Source: Planctomicrobium piriforme
GTDB taxonomy: Bacteria > Planctomycetota > Planctomycetia > Pirellulales > UBA1268
DNA length: 64,000 nt
Direction of reading: 5' to 3'
NCBI GenBank assembly: GCA_945861585.1
Contig: CAMAVC010000001.1
Coordinates: 5,947-69,946, forward strand
The notes under the pieces are model-generated. The model did no database searches and was not told where the DNA came from. It saw only the letters and a program-made list of their open reading frames with translations. This document shows, piece after piece, positions 7,992-15,943 of the stretch. The position numbers and the translations under genes were made by a program. Position 1 is the stretch's first letter, and every line of letters begins with the position of its first letter.

Positions 7992-9152
7992 ATGAAGACG
8001 CTCTCCAGTCTGCTCCTGACGATGGCCGTGGTCCAGGGACCCATGGCCGCGATCGCCACGGAGCGCGACTGGGGAGCGGTTCAGCTCGCGTGGCGGGGTG
8101 ATCCGCGGGCCACGGCCGACGCACCGTTCGAGGCCGAGGCGGCCCCTTCCAGGAGGCCGTCGCGGCGCGCCCAGCGCCGGGCGGCGAGCAGGCGCCGGAT
8201 GCCCTTCGACGACCTGCCCGTCGGCGTGGCGCCTCCGGAGACACCGACCGACGCCGGGATGAACGTGGGCGACGTGATCACAAGCCGCCCGCAGGCTCCA
8301 CCGCTCCACGTCGAGTCGACGCTCGAATCGCCGTTTCGCACGCAGACAGGCGACCCTCCGCAGGGCCAGATCATCGTCCATCGCGATCAGCCGTCGCTGC
8401 CGACGGCCGACTCGCGGCAGCGGTTCGACATGTTCCTTCCGGCGGGCTGCGCCGGCGGCGGAATGCCGCTCGTGGTCTGGATTCACGGCACCACGTGGCG
8501 GGATGGCTCCCGCGCCGACTGCCCTGTGCGGTGGCTCGCCGACGAGGGCTACGCAGTCGCAAGCGTCGGCTATCGCCTCACCGATTCGGCCACGTTCCCG
8601 GCGCAGCTCGACGATTGCCGCGCGGCGCTCGACGAGATCCGCCGCACGGCGGAGGTGTGGGGCGTCGACCGCGAGCGGATCGCCGTCGTGGGCTCCGGGG
8701 CCGGCGGCCATCTCGCCGCCCTCGTGGGGCTGGCGGGCGCGGCCGAGACGCGCGTCGCCGCGGTGTGCGCAGTCGCGGCCCCGACCCACCTCACGTCGCT
8801 CGGGCCTGAATACGACAGGCCCTCGTCCATGGCCAGCCTGCTCGTCGGCGGTCCACTCGCGGAGTTTCGCGAGGCTGCCCAGCGGGCCAGTCCACTCTCG
8901 TACATCTCGGCCGACGATCCCCCGTGCCTCGTGATCCACGGCGATCGCGACGAATCGATTCCGATCTCCCAGAGCGTGTCGCTCGATGCGTCGCTGCGTG
9001 CCGCGGGCGTCGACAGCACGCTGGTCGTCCTCGAAGGCACGGGACACCGTCCGGCGCTCGACCGCGCCGCTCCGGCCGGCCGGGCGCTGCTCGAGTTTCT
9101 CGACCGTACGCTCGGCCCGGGCATCCGTGCGGCCGGTGGCGTGAACCCATGA
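7992..9152 (+). CDS. secreted alpha/beta hydrolase (esterase/lipase-like) with atypical nucleophile elbow
   Basis: Has a signal peptide MKTLSSLLLTMAVVQG and an Arg-rich linker. The layout is VVWIHGTTW ... VVGSGAGGHLAA ... VIHGDRDESIP ... GTGHR. This matches the HGG / GDSAGG / Asp / His esterase layout, except that the elbow reads G-S-G-A-G-G. Confidence 0.7.
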   Translation: MKTLSSLLLTMAVVQGPMAAIATERDWGAVQLAWRGDPRATADAPFEAEAAPSRRPSRRAQRRAASRRRMPFDDLPVGVAPPETPTDAGMNVGDVITSRPQAPPLHVESTLESPFRTQTGDPPQGQIIVHRDQPSLPTADSRQRFDMFLPAGCAGGGMPLVVWIHGTTWRDGSRADCPVRWLADEGYAVASVGYRLTDSATFPAQLDDCRAALDEIRRTAEVWGVDRERIAVVGSGAGGHLAALVGLAGAAETRVAAVCAVAAPTHLTSLGPEYDRPSSMASLLVGGPLAEFREAAQRASPLSYISADDPPCLVIHGDRDESIPISQSVSLDASLRAAGVDSTLVVLEGTGHRPALDRAAPAGRALLEFLDRTLGPGIRAAGGVNP

Positions 9153-10012
9153 GTGAGGCGACGCCGCGGGCCGCAGCACGAGTCATGAGCCGCCGCCGGC
9201 TCATGACGGCCGGTGCGACGGTGGCGGTGGGGGTGCCGACCGTCGGCGCCATCGATGGCGTGCTCATCACGCCCCAGCACCTCCACACGACCAACCACGG
9301 GCTGGCCAGTCGTTCCCCTCGGGCCGACGCCATGGTGCGGCTGCTGCAGGTCAGCGACCTCCACCTGCATCGGATCGGCCGCCTCGAAACCCAGCTGCTC
9401 GAAACGCTGCACGACTCGCAGGCCGATGTCATCGTGTTCACGGGCGACATGCTCGACCGGCGGGTCGATCTCTGGCAGCTCGAGACGTTCCTGCGCGAGT
9501 GCCCCCAGGGTGCTCGTCGGTTCGCGATTCTCGGCAACTGGGAGTATGAGGCGGGTGTGCCGCGCGAAGCCCTCGAGCGGCTCTATGACAGCCAAGGCAT
9601 CGAACTGCTCGTGAATCGCTCCGTCGAGCTCTCCACCGCCGGCACCCGGGTACGGATCACCGGCCTCGACGACCTGCGCGCAGGCGCGCCAGACATGATC
9701 GCGGCGCTCCGCGACGCCACGCCGACGCCGAATCACCTCCTCCTCGCCCACTGTCCACTCTCGCGCGACGTCGTCACGATGCCGACAGACCATCCCGTCG
9801 ACCTGCTGCTCGCCGGCCATACGCATGGCGGACAGGTGGCGCCCTTCGGCCTCGCCCTGACCCTGCCGTCAGGGAGCGGCCGCTACGTGGCCGGCTGGTA
9901 TCGCGACGCGGGCCCGCCGATGTATGTCTCGCGCGGCATCGGCACATCGCTCATTCCGGTGCGGCTCGGAGCGACGCCGGAACTCGTCCGCTTCGAGTGG
10001 CGGCTGGCGTGA
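9149..10012 (+). CDS. Tat-signal metallophosphoesterase (calcineurin-like)
   Basis: Trimmed to MSEATPRAAARVMSRRRLMTAGA, a twin-arginine signal. The ATGA overlaps the upstream stop. Motifs: QVSDLHLH, FTGDMLD, GNWEY, LLLAGHTHGGQV. Confidence 0.8.
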   Translation: MSEATPRAAARVMSRRRLMTAGATVAVGVPTVGAIDGVLITPQHLHTTNHGLASRSPRADAMVRLLQVSDLHLHRIGRLETQLLETLHDSQADVIVFTGDMLDRRVDLWQLETFLRECPQGARRFAILGNWEYEAGVPREALERLYDSQGIELLVNRSVELSTAGTRVRITGLDDLRAGAPDMIAALRDATPTPNHLLLAHCPLSRDVVTMPTDHPVDLLLAGHTHGGQVAPFGLALTLPSGSGRYVAGWYRDAGPPMYVSRGIGTSLIPVRLGATPELVRFEWRLA

Positions 10013-10221
10013 TCGGAGCCGGCCGTGCACGCCACCGCATCGCCCGCCCGCACGACCGCGCCATCCCGCACGCGCCACCGTGCTTCTCCCGCCTGTGCAG
10101 TTCCGCAGCAGAGTCGCCGATATCTCGTGGTGCCGTGGGACGGTATCCGGGCCACTCGCTCGCCCGCCCCGTCCAAACCATTCAGCTCGTTCCCTCCAGC
10201 GTCGAACAGGTCTCTGTTTCC

Positions 10222-11091
10222 ATGCCCGACAAGCGCCGCAAGCCTTCGTCCGCCGTCCAGGCCCCGCTCGAGACCTACCTCCGGGAGATCAACGATACGT
10301 CTCTCCTGACCGCCGACGACGAAAAGCGGCTCGCATACGCCATCGCCAAGGGCGACGCCGCCGCGCGGGACCACATGGTGCGGGCCAATCTCCGTCTCGT
10401 GGTGAACATCGCCCGCGGCTACGCCAACCGCGGTCTGCCGCTGCCCGATCTCATCGAGGAAGGCAACCTCGGGCTCCTGCGGGCGGTCGAGGGATTCGAT
10501 CCCCGGGTCGGCACCCGGTTCAGCACGTACGCCAGCTATTGGATCAAGCAGTCGATCAAGCGGGCCCTCATCAACTCGGGCAAGACGATTCGCATCCCGG
10601 CGTACATGGTCGAACTGCTCTCGAAATGGCGGCGGGCCACGGCCCGGCTGCTCGACGTGCTCGGCCGCACTCCGACCCAGGAGGAGGTGGCACGCATGCT
10701 GGGTCTGGCCCGCAAGAAGCTGCCGATCATCAAGAAGGCGATCCATGTGCACCAGGCCGCCCCGCAGACGGAGCAGGCCGACGGCGGCTGGTCGCTCGGC
10801 GAGATCGTCCGCGATGAAAACACGAAATGCCCGGCCGAGGTGCTCCTCGACGAAGACACGTTGCGGCACGTGCTCGACAGGATCGAGAAACTCGACGAGC
10901 GGGCCTCGAAGATCTTGAAGCTTCGCTTTGGGCTGGGTGGCGGAGAACCGATGACCCTCAAGGAGATCGGCACCGTGCTCGGGCTGACCCGCGAACGTGT
11001 GCGGCAGATCGAAGCCGAGACGCTCGCCACGCTCGCGCTGGAGCTCGACGGCGTGCCACGGGCGACCGTACAGTTGCGGCGGGGGGCCTGA
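10222..11091 (+). CDS. RNA polymerase sigma factor, sigma-70 family
   Basis: Trimmed to MPDKRRKPSS. Region 2 is ANLRLVVNIARGY..GLPLPDLIEEGNLGLLRAVEGFD...FSTYASYWIKQSIKRAL. Region 4.2 is TLKEIGTVLGLTRERVRQIEAETL. Confidence 0.85.
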   Translation: MPDKRRKPSSAVQAPLETYLREINDTSLLTADDEKRLAYAIAKGDAAARDHMVRANLRLVVNIARGYANRGLPLPDLIEEGNLGLLRAVEGFDPRVGTRFSTYASYWIKQSIKRALINSGKTIRIPAYMVELLSKWRRATARLLDVLGRTPTQEEVARMLGLARKKLPIIKKAIHVHQAAPQTEQADGGWSLGEIVRDENTKCPAEVLLDEDTLRHVLDRIEKLDERASKILKLRFGLGGGEPMTLKEIGTVLGLTRERVRQIEAETLATLALELDGVPRATVQLRRGA

Positions 11092-11093
11092 CG

Positions 11094-11624
11094 ATGGCCG
11101 CGGATGACAGCGTGGATCTGGCGGCGTTCATTCGGCCGGTCCCCGACTTCCCGAAGCCGGGCATCTTGTTTCGCGACATCACGCCGGCCCTGGCGGAGCC
11201 CAGGGCATTCGCCCTCGCGATCGATCGCATGGCGGCGCCGTGGCGGGGTGAACCGCTCGACGCCATCGCGGCCGTCGAGGCCCGTGGCTTTCTGTTCGCC
11301 GGCCCGCTCGCCCTGGCCCTCGGCGTGGGCGTGATCCCGGTGCGAAAGCCGGGGAAACTGCCCGCCGAGACGATCCATCACGACTACGATCTCGAGTACG
11401 GCCGTGATCGCCTCGAAATGCACAAAGGCGTGCTCGCCCGGGGCTCCCGGGTGCTCGTCGTCGACGACGTTCTGGCCACCGGCGGCACGGCGGCGGCCTG
11501 CATGCGGCTCATCGAGGCGGGCGGGGCGATGGTCGTGGGCGCCGCATTCCTGATCGAGCTCGAGGCCCTCGGCGGCCGGGAACGGCTGACCCCCCACCGG
11601 GTCGAAACCGTGCTGAAGTACTGA
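11094..11624 (+). CDS. apt: adenine phosphoribosyltransferase
   Basis: Has FPKPGILFRDITP, EARGFLF and the PRPP-binding motif VLVVDDVLATGGTA. The start lies 3 nt after the sigma-factor stop. Confidence 0.9.
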   Translation: MAADDSVDLAAFIRPVPDFPKPGILFRDITPALAEPRAFALAIDRMAAPWRGEPLDAIAAVEARGFLFAGPLALALGVGVIPVRKPGKLPAETIHHDYDLEYGRDRLEMHKGVLARGSRVLVVDDVLATGGTAAACMRLIEAGGAMVVGAAFLIELEALGGRERLTPHRVETVLKY

Positions 11625-11669
11625 AGATTTCGGTCAATTTCCCTTCGAGGAACTCGTGAACTACCCTTG

Positions 11670-11756
11670 CGGGAGGTGAGGGGGTCGGCGAACGCTCGAG
11701 GAGCATTGGGCCGCCCCGGCCCACGCGACGAGACTTTTGCCGCCCCCGAACCGGCG
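11670..11756 (+). repeat. intergenic structured repeat, copy A (87 nt); candidate ncRNA or REP-like element
   Basis: Aligns with 50370..50477 with 5 substitutions over 85 shared nt. An outer stem pairs GGGGG(U)CGGCG with UGCCGCCCCC. An inner hairpin reads GGGCCG-CCC-CGGCCC. It lies between the apt stop (11624) and the floA start (11809). Confidence 0.6.
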
Positions 11757-11808
11757 CCCCCACCACGGGAGCGTGCCCTTTCTGGCTTCCGTTCGTATGA
11801 GGTGACGT

Positions 11809-12780
11809 TTGAACCAGGCTCCCGTCCAATTGCCGCTCCCGGTACTCTTCGTTGGCGGCATCGCGCTTGGGCTCTTCGCCCTCACGCTGCTCCTCTTGAT
11901 CTTCAACTACGGGCAACTCTGGTTTCAGGCGTTCTGGTCGAAGGCGCCCGTCACGTTCCTCGAGCTCCTGGGCATGAGCCTGCGGAAGGTGAATGCCCGC
12001 ACGATCGTGCAGGCCAAGATCATGGCCACGCAGGCCGGTGTCGGCCGCGACGCCTCGGTGCGGCGGCTCGAGGCTCATTATCTCGCCGGGGGCGACGTGC
12101 CGCGGGTGATCCGGGCCCTGATCGCCGCCCACCGGGCCGATCTCGACCTCGACTTCGACCGGGCGTGTGCGATCGATCTCGCCGGCCGCGACGTGCTCGA
12201 TGCGGTGCAGACGAGCGTGAACCCCAAGGTGATCGACTGCCCCGACAGTGCCAGCGGCAAGTCGACGCTCTCGGCCGTTGCCAGAAACGGCGTGGAGCTC
12301 AAGATTCGGGCTCGCGTCACGGTGCGCACGAACCTCCAGCAGCTCATCGGGGGAGCCACCGAGGAGACCATCATCGCCCGGGTCGGCGAGGGGATCATCA
12401 CGTCGATCGGCTCGGCGGAGAGCCATTTCGAGGTCATGGAACATCCCGACACGATCTCGAAGGCGGTGCTCCAGCGGGGCCTCGACGCCCAGACGGCGTT
12501 TCAGATCGTGTCGATCGACATCGCCGACATCGAGGTGGGAGAAAACATCGGGGCCAGGCTCCAGGCCGATCAGGCCGAGGCCGACACCCGCGTCGCCCGG
12601 GCCAAGGCCGAGGAACGCCGGGCATTCGCGATCGCCCGTGAGCAGGAAATGAAGGCCTCGACCGCCGAAAACCGCACGCGTGTGCTTCAGGCGGAGTCGC
12701 TGGTGCCCAAGGCGATGGGCGAGGCTTTCCGGGCCGGCCGCATGACGACAGCCCCAGGGAACGCCCGCCCGCCTGCTTGA
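11809..12780 (+). CDS. floA: flotillin-like protein FloA (UPF0365/YqfA family)
   Basis: TTG start preceded by GAGGTG. An N-terminal TM helix is followed by the SPFH-like body [19 protein letters not shown]...[19 protein letters not shown]...[24 protein letters not shown], typical of FloA. Confidence 0.85.
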   Translation: MNQAPVQLPLPVLFVGGIALGLFALTLLLLIFNYGQLWFQAFWSKAPVTFLELLGMSLRKVNARTIVQAKIMATQAGVGRDASVRRLEAHYLAGGDVPRVIRALIAAHRADLDLDFDRACAIDLAGRDVLDAVQTSVNPKVIDCPDSASGKSTLSAVARNGVELKIRARVTVRTNLQQLIGGATEETIIARVGEGIITSIGSAESHFEVMEHPDTISKAVLQRGLDAQTAFQIVSIDIADIEVGENIGARLQADQAEADTRVARAKAEERRAFAIAREQEMKASTAENRTRVLQAESLVPKAMGEAFRAGRMTTAPGNARPPA

Positions 12781-12959
12781 GGCATCCCCCGGCTTGCCCG
12801 GTCGGCCTGTCTTGCCGGACACCGGCGGAATTTTCGCTACGACTCGGGAATTCGGTCAAACCTTGCCGGCTGATAGAGCCGATGTTTCAGGTGTGACCCC
12901 GCCTGCCATGGATGGCCGGCACGCCCCCGACAAGACGGCCGACGGCCAGGGAGATACTG

Positions 12960-13208
12960 ATGGCGCTGCGAAAACTTCGCGTATACACCGGTCCGGATGC
13001 CGCATCGGTCGGGTCGCCCTTGGTGCACGATGCCCACGAGCCCAACACCGTGCGGACGACGCTCGGCGACATCCTGCCGCTGCTCGCCGACGCCGTGGCC
13101 AGCAATCGCACCTGGCTGACTGACTTCGAGGCCGACGAGATCACGATCTCGTCCGACCTCCACGACGTACTCCAGGCCTACCGGCACTTCCGTCGTCCGG
13201 TAGCCTGA
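12960..13208 (+). CDS. hypothetical small protein (82 aa)
   Basis: Track ORF trimmed to MALRKLRVYTGPD. Third codon positions are GC-rich throughout. I recognise no motif. Confidence 0.5.
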   Translation: MALRKLRVYTGPDAASVGSPLVHDAHEPNTVRTTLGDILPLLADAVASNRTWLTDFEADEITISSDLHDVLQAYRHFRRPVA

Positions 13209-13233
13209 CCGAGCCGGCTGGCGTGGGCCGCCT

Positions 13234-13253
13234 GAGGGGGAAATTTTCCCCTC
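13234..13253. promoter_or_regulatory. 20-bp near-perfect palindrome GAGGGGGAAATTTTCCCCTC (candidate operator or hairpin)
   Basis: Read directly. It lies 26 nt after the stop at 13208 and 57 nt upstream of the XRE-cupin regulator start (13310). Confidence 0.35.
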
Positions 13254-13309
13254 TTGCGAGTGGAATCCGGGGATCGCATAGTTGTGCGATCCACCTTGGA
13301 CGCCACACC

Positions 13310-13954
13310 ATGCCCTCCCCGATCAATCTCTCCGATCTCGGCCAGCGCGTCCGCACGGCCCGGCTTGCCCGCCGCCTCACGCTCGAGGAGGTCGTCTCCC
13401 GGGCGGACTTCACCGTGAGCTGGCTATCGAAGCTCGAAAACGGCCAGCTCACGCCGTCGCTCGACGGGCTCGTCAAGCTGGCGGAGGTGCTCGAGTGCGG
13501 CGTCGATGCGCTCGTGGCGGGGCTGTCCGTGCCGCCCCGCTACGTGACGACGAAGAACGGAGCGGGGCGGATCGAGCCGCTCACGAAGGAGCGTCGCAAC
13601 GGCACCATGATCGAGCACCGGGCAGACCAGTGGCGCGACCGGGCGATGCACCCCACGATCATCCACGTCTCGGGCAACGGCACCAAGGGCGCGCCCGACT
13701 GCCACCGTGGCGAGCGCTTTTTGTTCGTGCTCGATGGCAACCTCAAACTCGAATACGGCGACGAGCTGCTCATGTTGTCCGAGGGCGACAGCATCTACCT
13801 CCATGCCGCGACCCCGCACACGCTCATGCCCGCCACCCGCAGCGCGACTGCGAAGGTGCTCAGCGTGATCCACGAGCACGGTTCACCGGCGGCGGTGAAC
13901 GGGGCGAAAGCAGCGACACCGCCACGAGCACGAAAAACCCGAGCGGGATCGTGA
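13310..13954 (+). CDS. XRE-family HTH transcriptional regulator with C-terminal cupin domain
   Basis: Trimmed to MPSPINLSDLGQRVRTARLARRLTLEEVVSRADFTVSWLSKLENGQ (HTH_3). The cupin part is HRGERFLFVLDGNLKLEYGDELLMLSEGDSIYLHAATPH. Confidence 0.8.
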   Translation: MPSPINLSDLGQRVRTARLARRLTLEEVVSRADFTVSWLSKLENGQLTPSLDGLVKLAEVLECGVDALVAGLSVPPRYVTTKNGAGRIEPLTKERRNGTMIEHRADQWRDRAMHPTIIHVSGNGTKGAPDCHRGERFLFVLDGNLKLEYGDELLMLSEGDSIYLHAATPHTLMPATRSATAKVLSVIHEHGSPAAVNGAKAATPPRARKTRAGS

Positions 13955-15623
13955 CGAGCCCCGGCTGGCTGAAGGGCACGAGCGACGCCTCGCGATCCCA
14001 GCCGTAGACCTTCTCGAACGTGTCGGCCGAGAGCAGAATCCAGCCCAGCGAGGCGGCCATCCCGACCGTCACGGCGGCGATGATCCCCTGCTTCGTCGTC
14101 CGCGGCCAGAAGAGCAGCATCACGAGCGCCGGGAGATTGGCGCTGGCGGCGATGTTGAACGCCCAGCCGACGAGAAAGCTGACGTTGAAGCTCCGAAACA
14201 GGATGCCGAGCGCCATCGCCACCACGCCCAGCCCCACGGCTGCGAGCTTGCCACACCGCACTTTTTCGTGATCGGTCATTCGCACGCCACACACGTTCTC
14301 GACGAGGTCGTGGGCCACGGCACCGCTGCCGGCCATGATCAGGCCGCTCACGGTGCCGAGCACCGTCGTGAACGCGATCGCCGAGATGACCGCGAACAAC
14401 GTCGTGCTGAATGACTTGGCCAGGAGCGGGGCCGCCATGTTCGAACTCGTCGGGTCGAGGGCGCCGCTCGTCATCGCACCCAGGCCAAGGTACAGCGTGA
14501 GCACGTAGAAGGCGCCGATGGCGGCGATCCCGACGACGGTGCTCTTGCGTGCAGCCGCGGCGTCTTTGACGGTGTAGTAGCGGATGAGGATGTGCGGGAG
14601 CGACGCCGTGCCACAAAAGAGTGCGAGCATCAGGCTCGCGAAATCGAGCCGATCGGCGAGTTTGCCCGTCGTCAGCCCTGTGAAATAGCCGCCCGGCTTG
14701 AGGAGATCGACGCCCTGCCGTTCGACCGGCGTGTATGTCGTGTGCACGCCCGCCTCGTCGACCCGCTTCGACGGCACCCAGGTCACGATCGATGAATCCT
14801 CGAGCACGCTGAGATACTCGAGCGGCCGCAAGGGTCCGGTGGACGTCTTGCCGGCGTAGCGGTCAGGCAGCCGCAGAATCGTGCCCACCGGCCGCAGGTC
14901 GTGCTCCCGGGACTGCGGCATGCCGTCGACGAGCACGGCGCCATCGGGGCGGACAGTCCGCACCTGCGGCACGAGGCGTTCCGTGCCCGGGCGGCCCGCG
15001 TTCACGGCCAGACCGCGGTCGAGGATCAGCGCCGCGAGCACGCCGCAGAAAAACACGAGCAGCGATCCCTTGATGAACTGCACCCAGGTGGTCGATACCA
15101 TGCCGGCCGTGACGACGATCAACGTCACCGCCACGCCCACGAGCACCACTCCGGCCCAGTGCGGCAGGCCGAGGAGCGGCACGATCAGGTCGCCCGCGCC
15201 CACCATCTGCGGGATCAGGTAGAAGACGCTCACCACGAGGGTCGATATGGCCACGGCGAGCTTGATGCCACGGCTGTTAAAGCGGGCGTCGAGGGCATCA
15301 GCGAACGTGAATCGGCCGAGGGCCTTGATCGGTTCGGCGATCACGAACAGGGCCACGATCCAGCCGGCCAGAAAGCCGATCGAGTAGAGGAAGCCGTCGT
15401 AGCCGTGAAAGGCGATCATCCCGCAGATGCCGAGGAACGACGCCGCCGACAGATAGTCGCCCGCGAAGGCGATGCCGTTCACGAACCAGTGCACCTCGCC
15501 GTGGGCCGCGTAATAGGCCTGGGCCGACTGCCCCTTGCGGCCGAGAAAAAACGACAGCCCGATCACGCCGACGACGAAGCTGGCGAAGATCGCGATCGCA
15601 AGCAGAGAGGATTCGTAGAGCAT
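13860..15623 (-). CDS. actP: cation/acetate symporter, SSS family (ActP-like)
   Basis: The N-terminus MLYESSLLAIAIFASFVVGV...YYAAHGEVHWFVNGIAFAGDYLSAASFLGI and the motif GTASLPHILIRYYTV are ActP-like. A DUF485 partner gene sits immediately upstream. There is a hydrophilic insert of about 100 aa mid-protein. Confidence 0.75.
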   Translation of the reverse strand: MLYESSLLAIAIFASFVVGVIGLSFFLGRKGQSAQAYYAAHGEVHWFVNGIAFAGDYLSAASFLGICGMIAFHGYDGFLYSIGFLAGWIVALFVIAEPIKALGRFTFADALDARFNSRGIKLAVAISTLVVSVFYLIPQMVGAGDLIVPLLGLPHWAGVVLVGVAVTLIVVTAGMVSTTWVQFIKGSLLVFFCGVLAALILDRGLAVNAGRPGTERLVPQVRTVRPDGAVLVDGMPQSREHDLRPVGTILRLPDRYAGKTSTGPLRPLEYLSVLEDSSIVTWVPSKRVDEAGVHTTYTPVERQGVDLLKPGGYFTGLTTGKLADRLDFASLMLALFCGTASLPHILIRYYTVKDAAAARKSTVVGIAAIGAFYVLTLYLGLGAMTSGALDPTSSNMAAPLLAKSFSTTLFAVISAIAFTTVLGTVSGLIMAGSGAVAHDLVENVCGVRMTDHEKVRCGKLAAVGLGVVAMALGILFRSFNVSFLVGWAFNIAASANLPALVMLLFWPRTTKQGIIAAVTVGMAASLGWILLSADTFEKVYGWDREASLVPFSQPGLVTIPLGFFVLVAVSLLSPRSPPPVNRARGSR

Positions 15624-15636
15624 CCGTGTTGTTCCG

Positions 15637-15861
15637 CTACCGCCCCGGGCGGACGACGAGGGACAGGAGGGCGAGGCCGAAGGCCGCCGCGATCAGGCCC
15701 ATGCCGGAGGCGATCGCGAGGTTGACACCGCCGAACGGCCGTAGCGAGAGCAGATCGGGGCGAAAGAGCACGAGCCCCATGAAGCCGGCATAGAGCGCCA
15801 CGTAGATCCAGAAGAACACAAGGCCCAGCCGTCGGCCCGGTGATTCTTCGGGAGATGCCAT
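15637..15861 (-). CDS. DUF485 (YjcH-like) small inner-membrane protein
   Basis: Trimmed to MASPEESPGRRLGLVFFWIYVALYAGFMGLVLF. It has two TM helices and occupies the classic position upstream of actP. Confidence 0.75.
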   Translation of the reverse strand: MASPEESPGRRLGLVFFWIYVALYAGFMGLVLFRPDLLSLRPFGGVNLAIASGMGLIAAAFGLALLSLVVRPGR

Positions 15862-15943
15862 GCGATCCGCTCCACCCATTGCCTGTTCAAAGCACGGCGG
15901 TAGTGTATCGGCCTGCAACCACGTGTCCCAGCACAGCCGCTCG

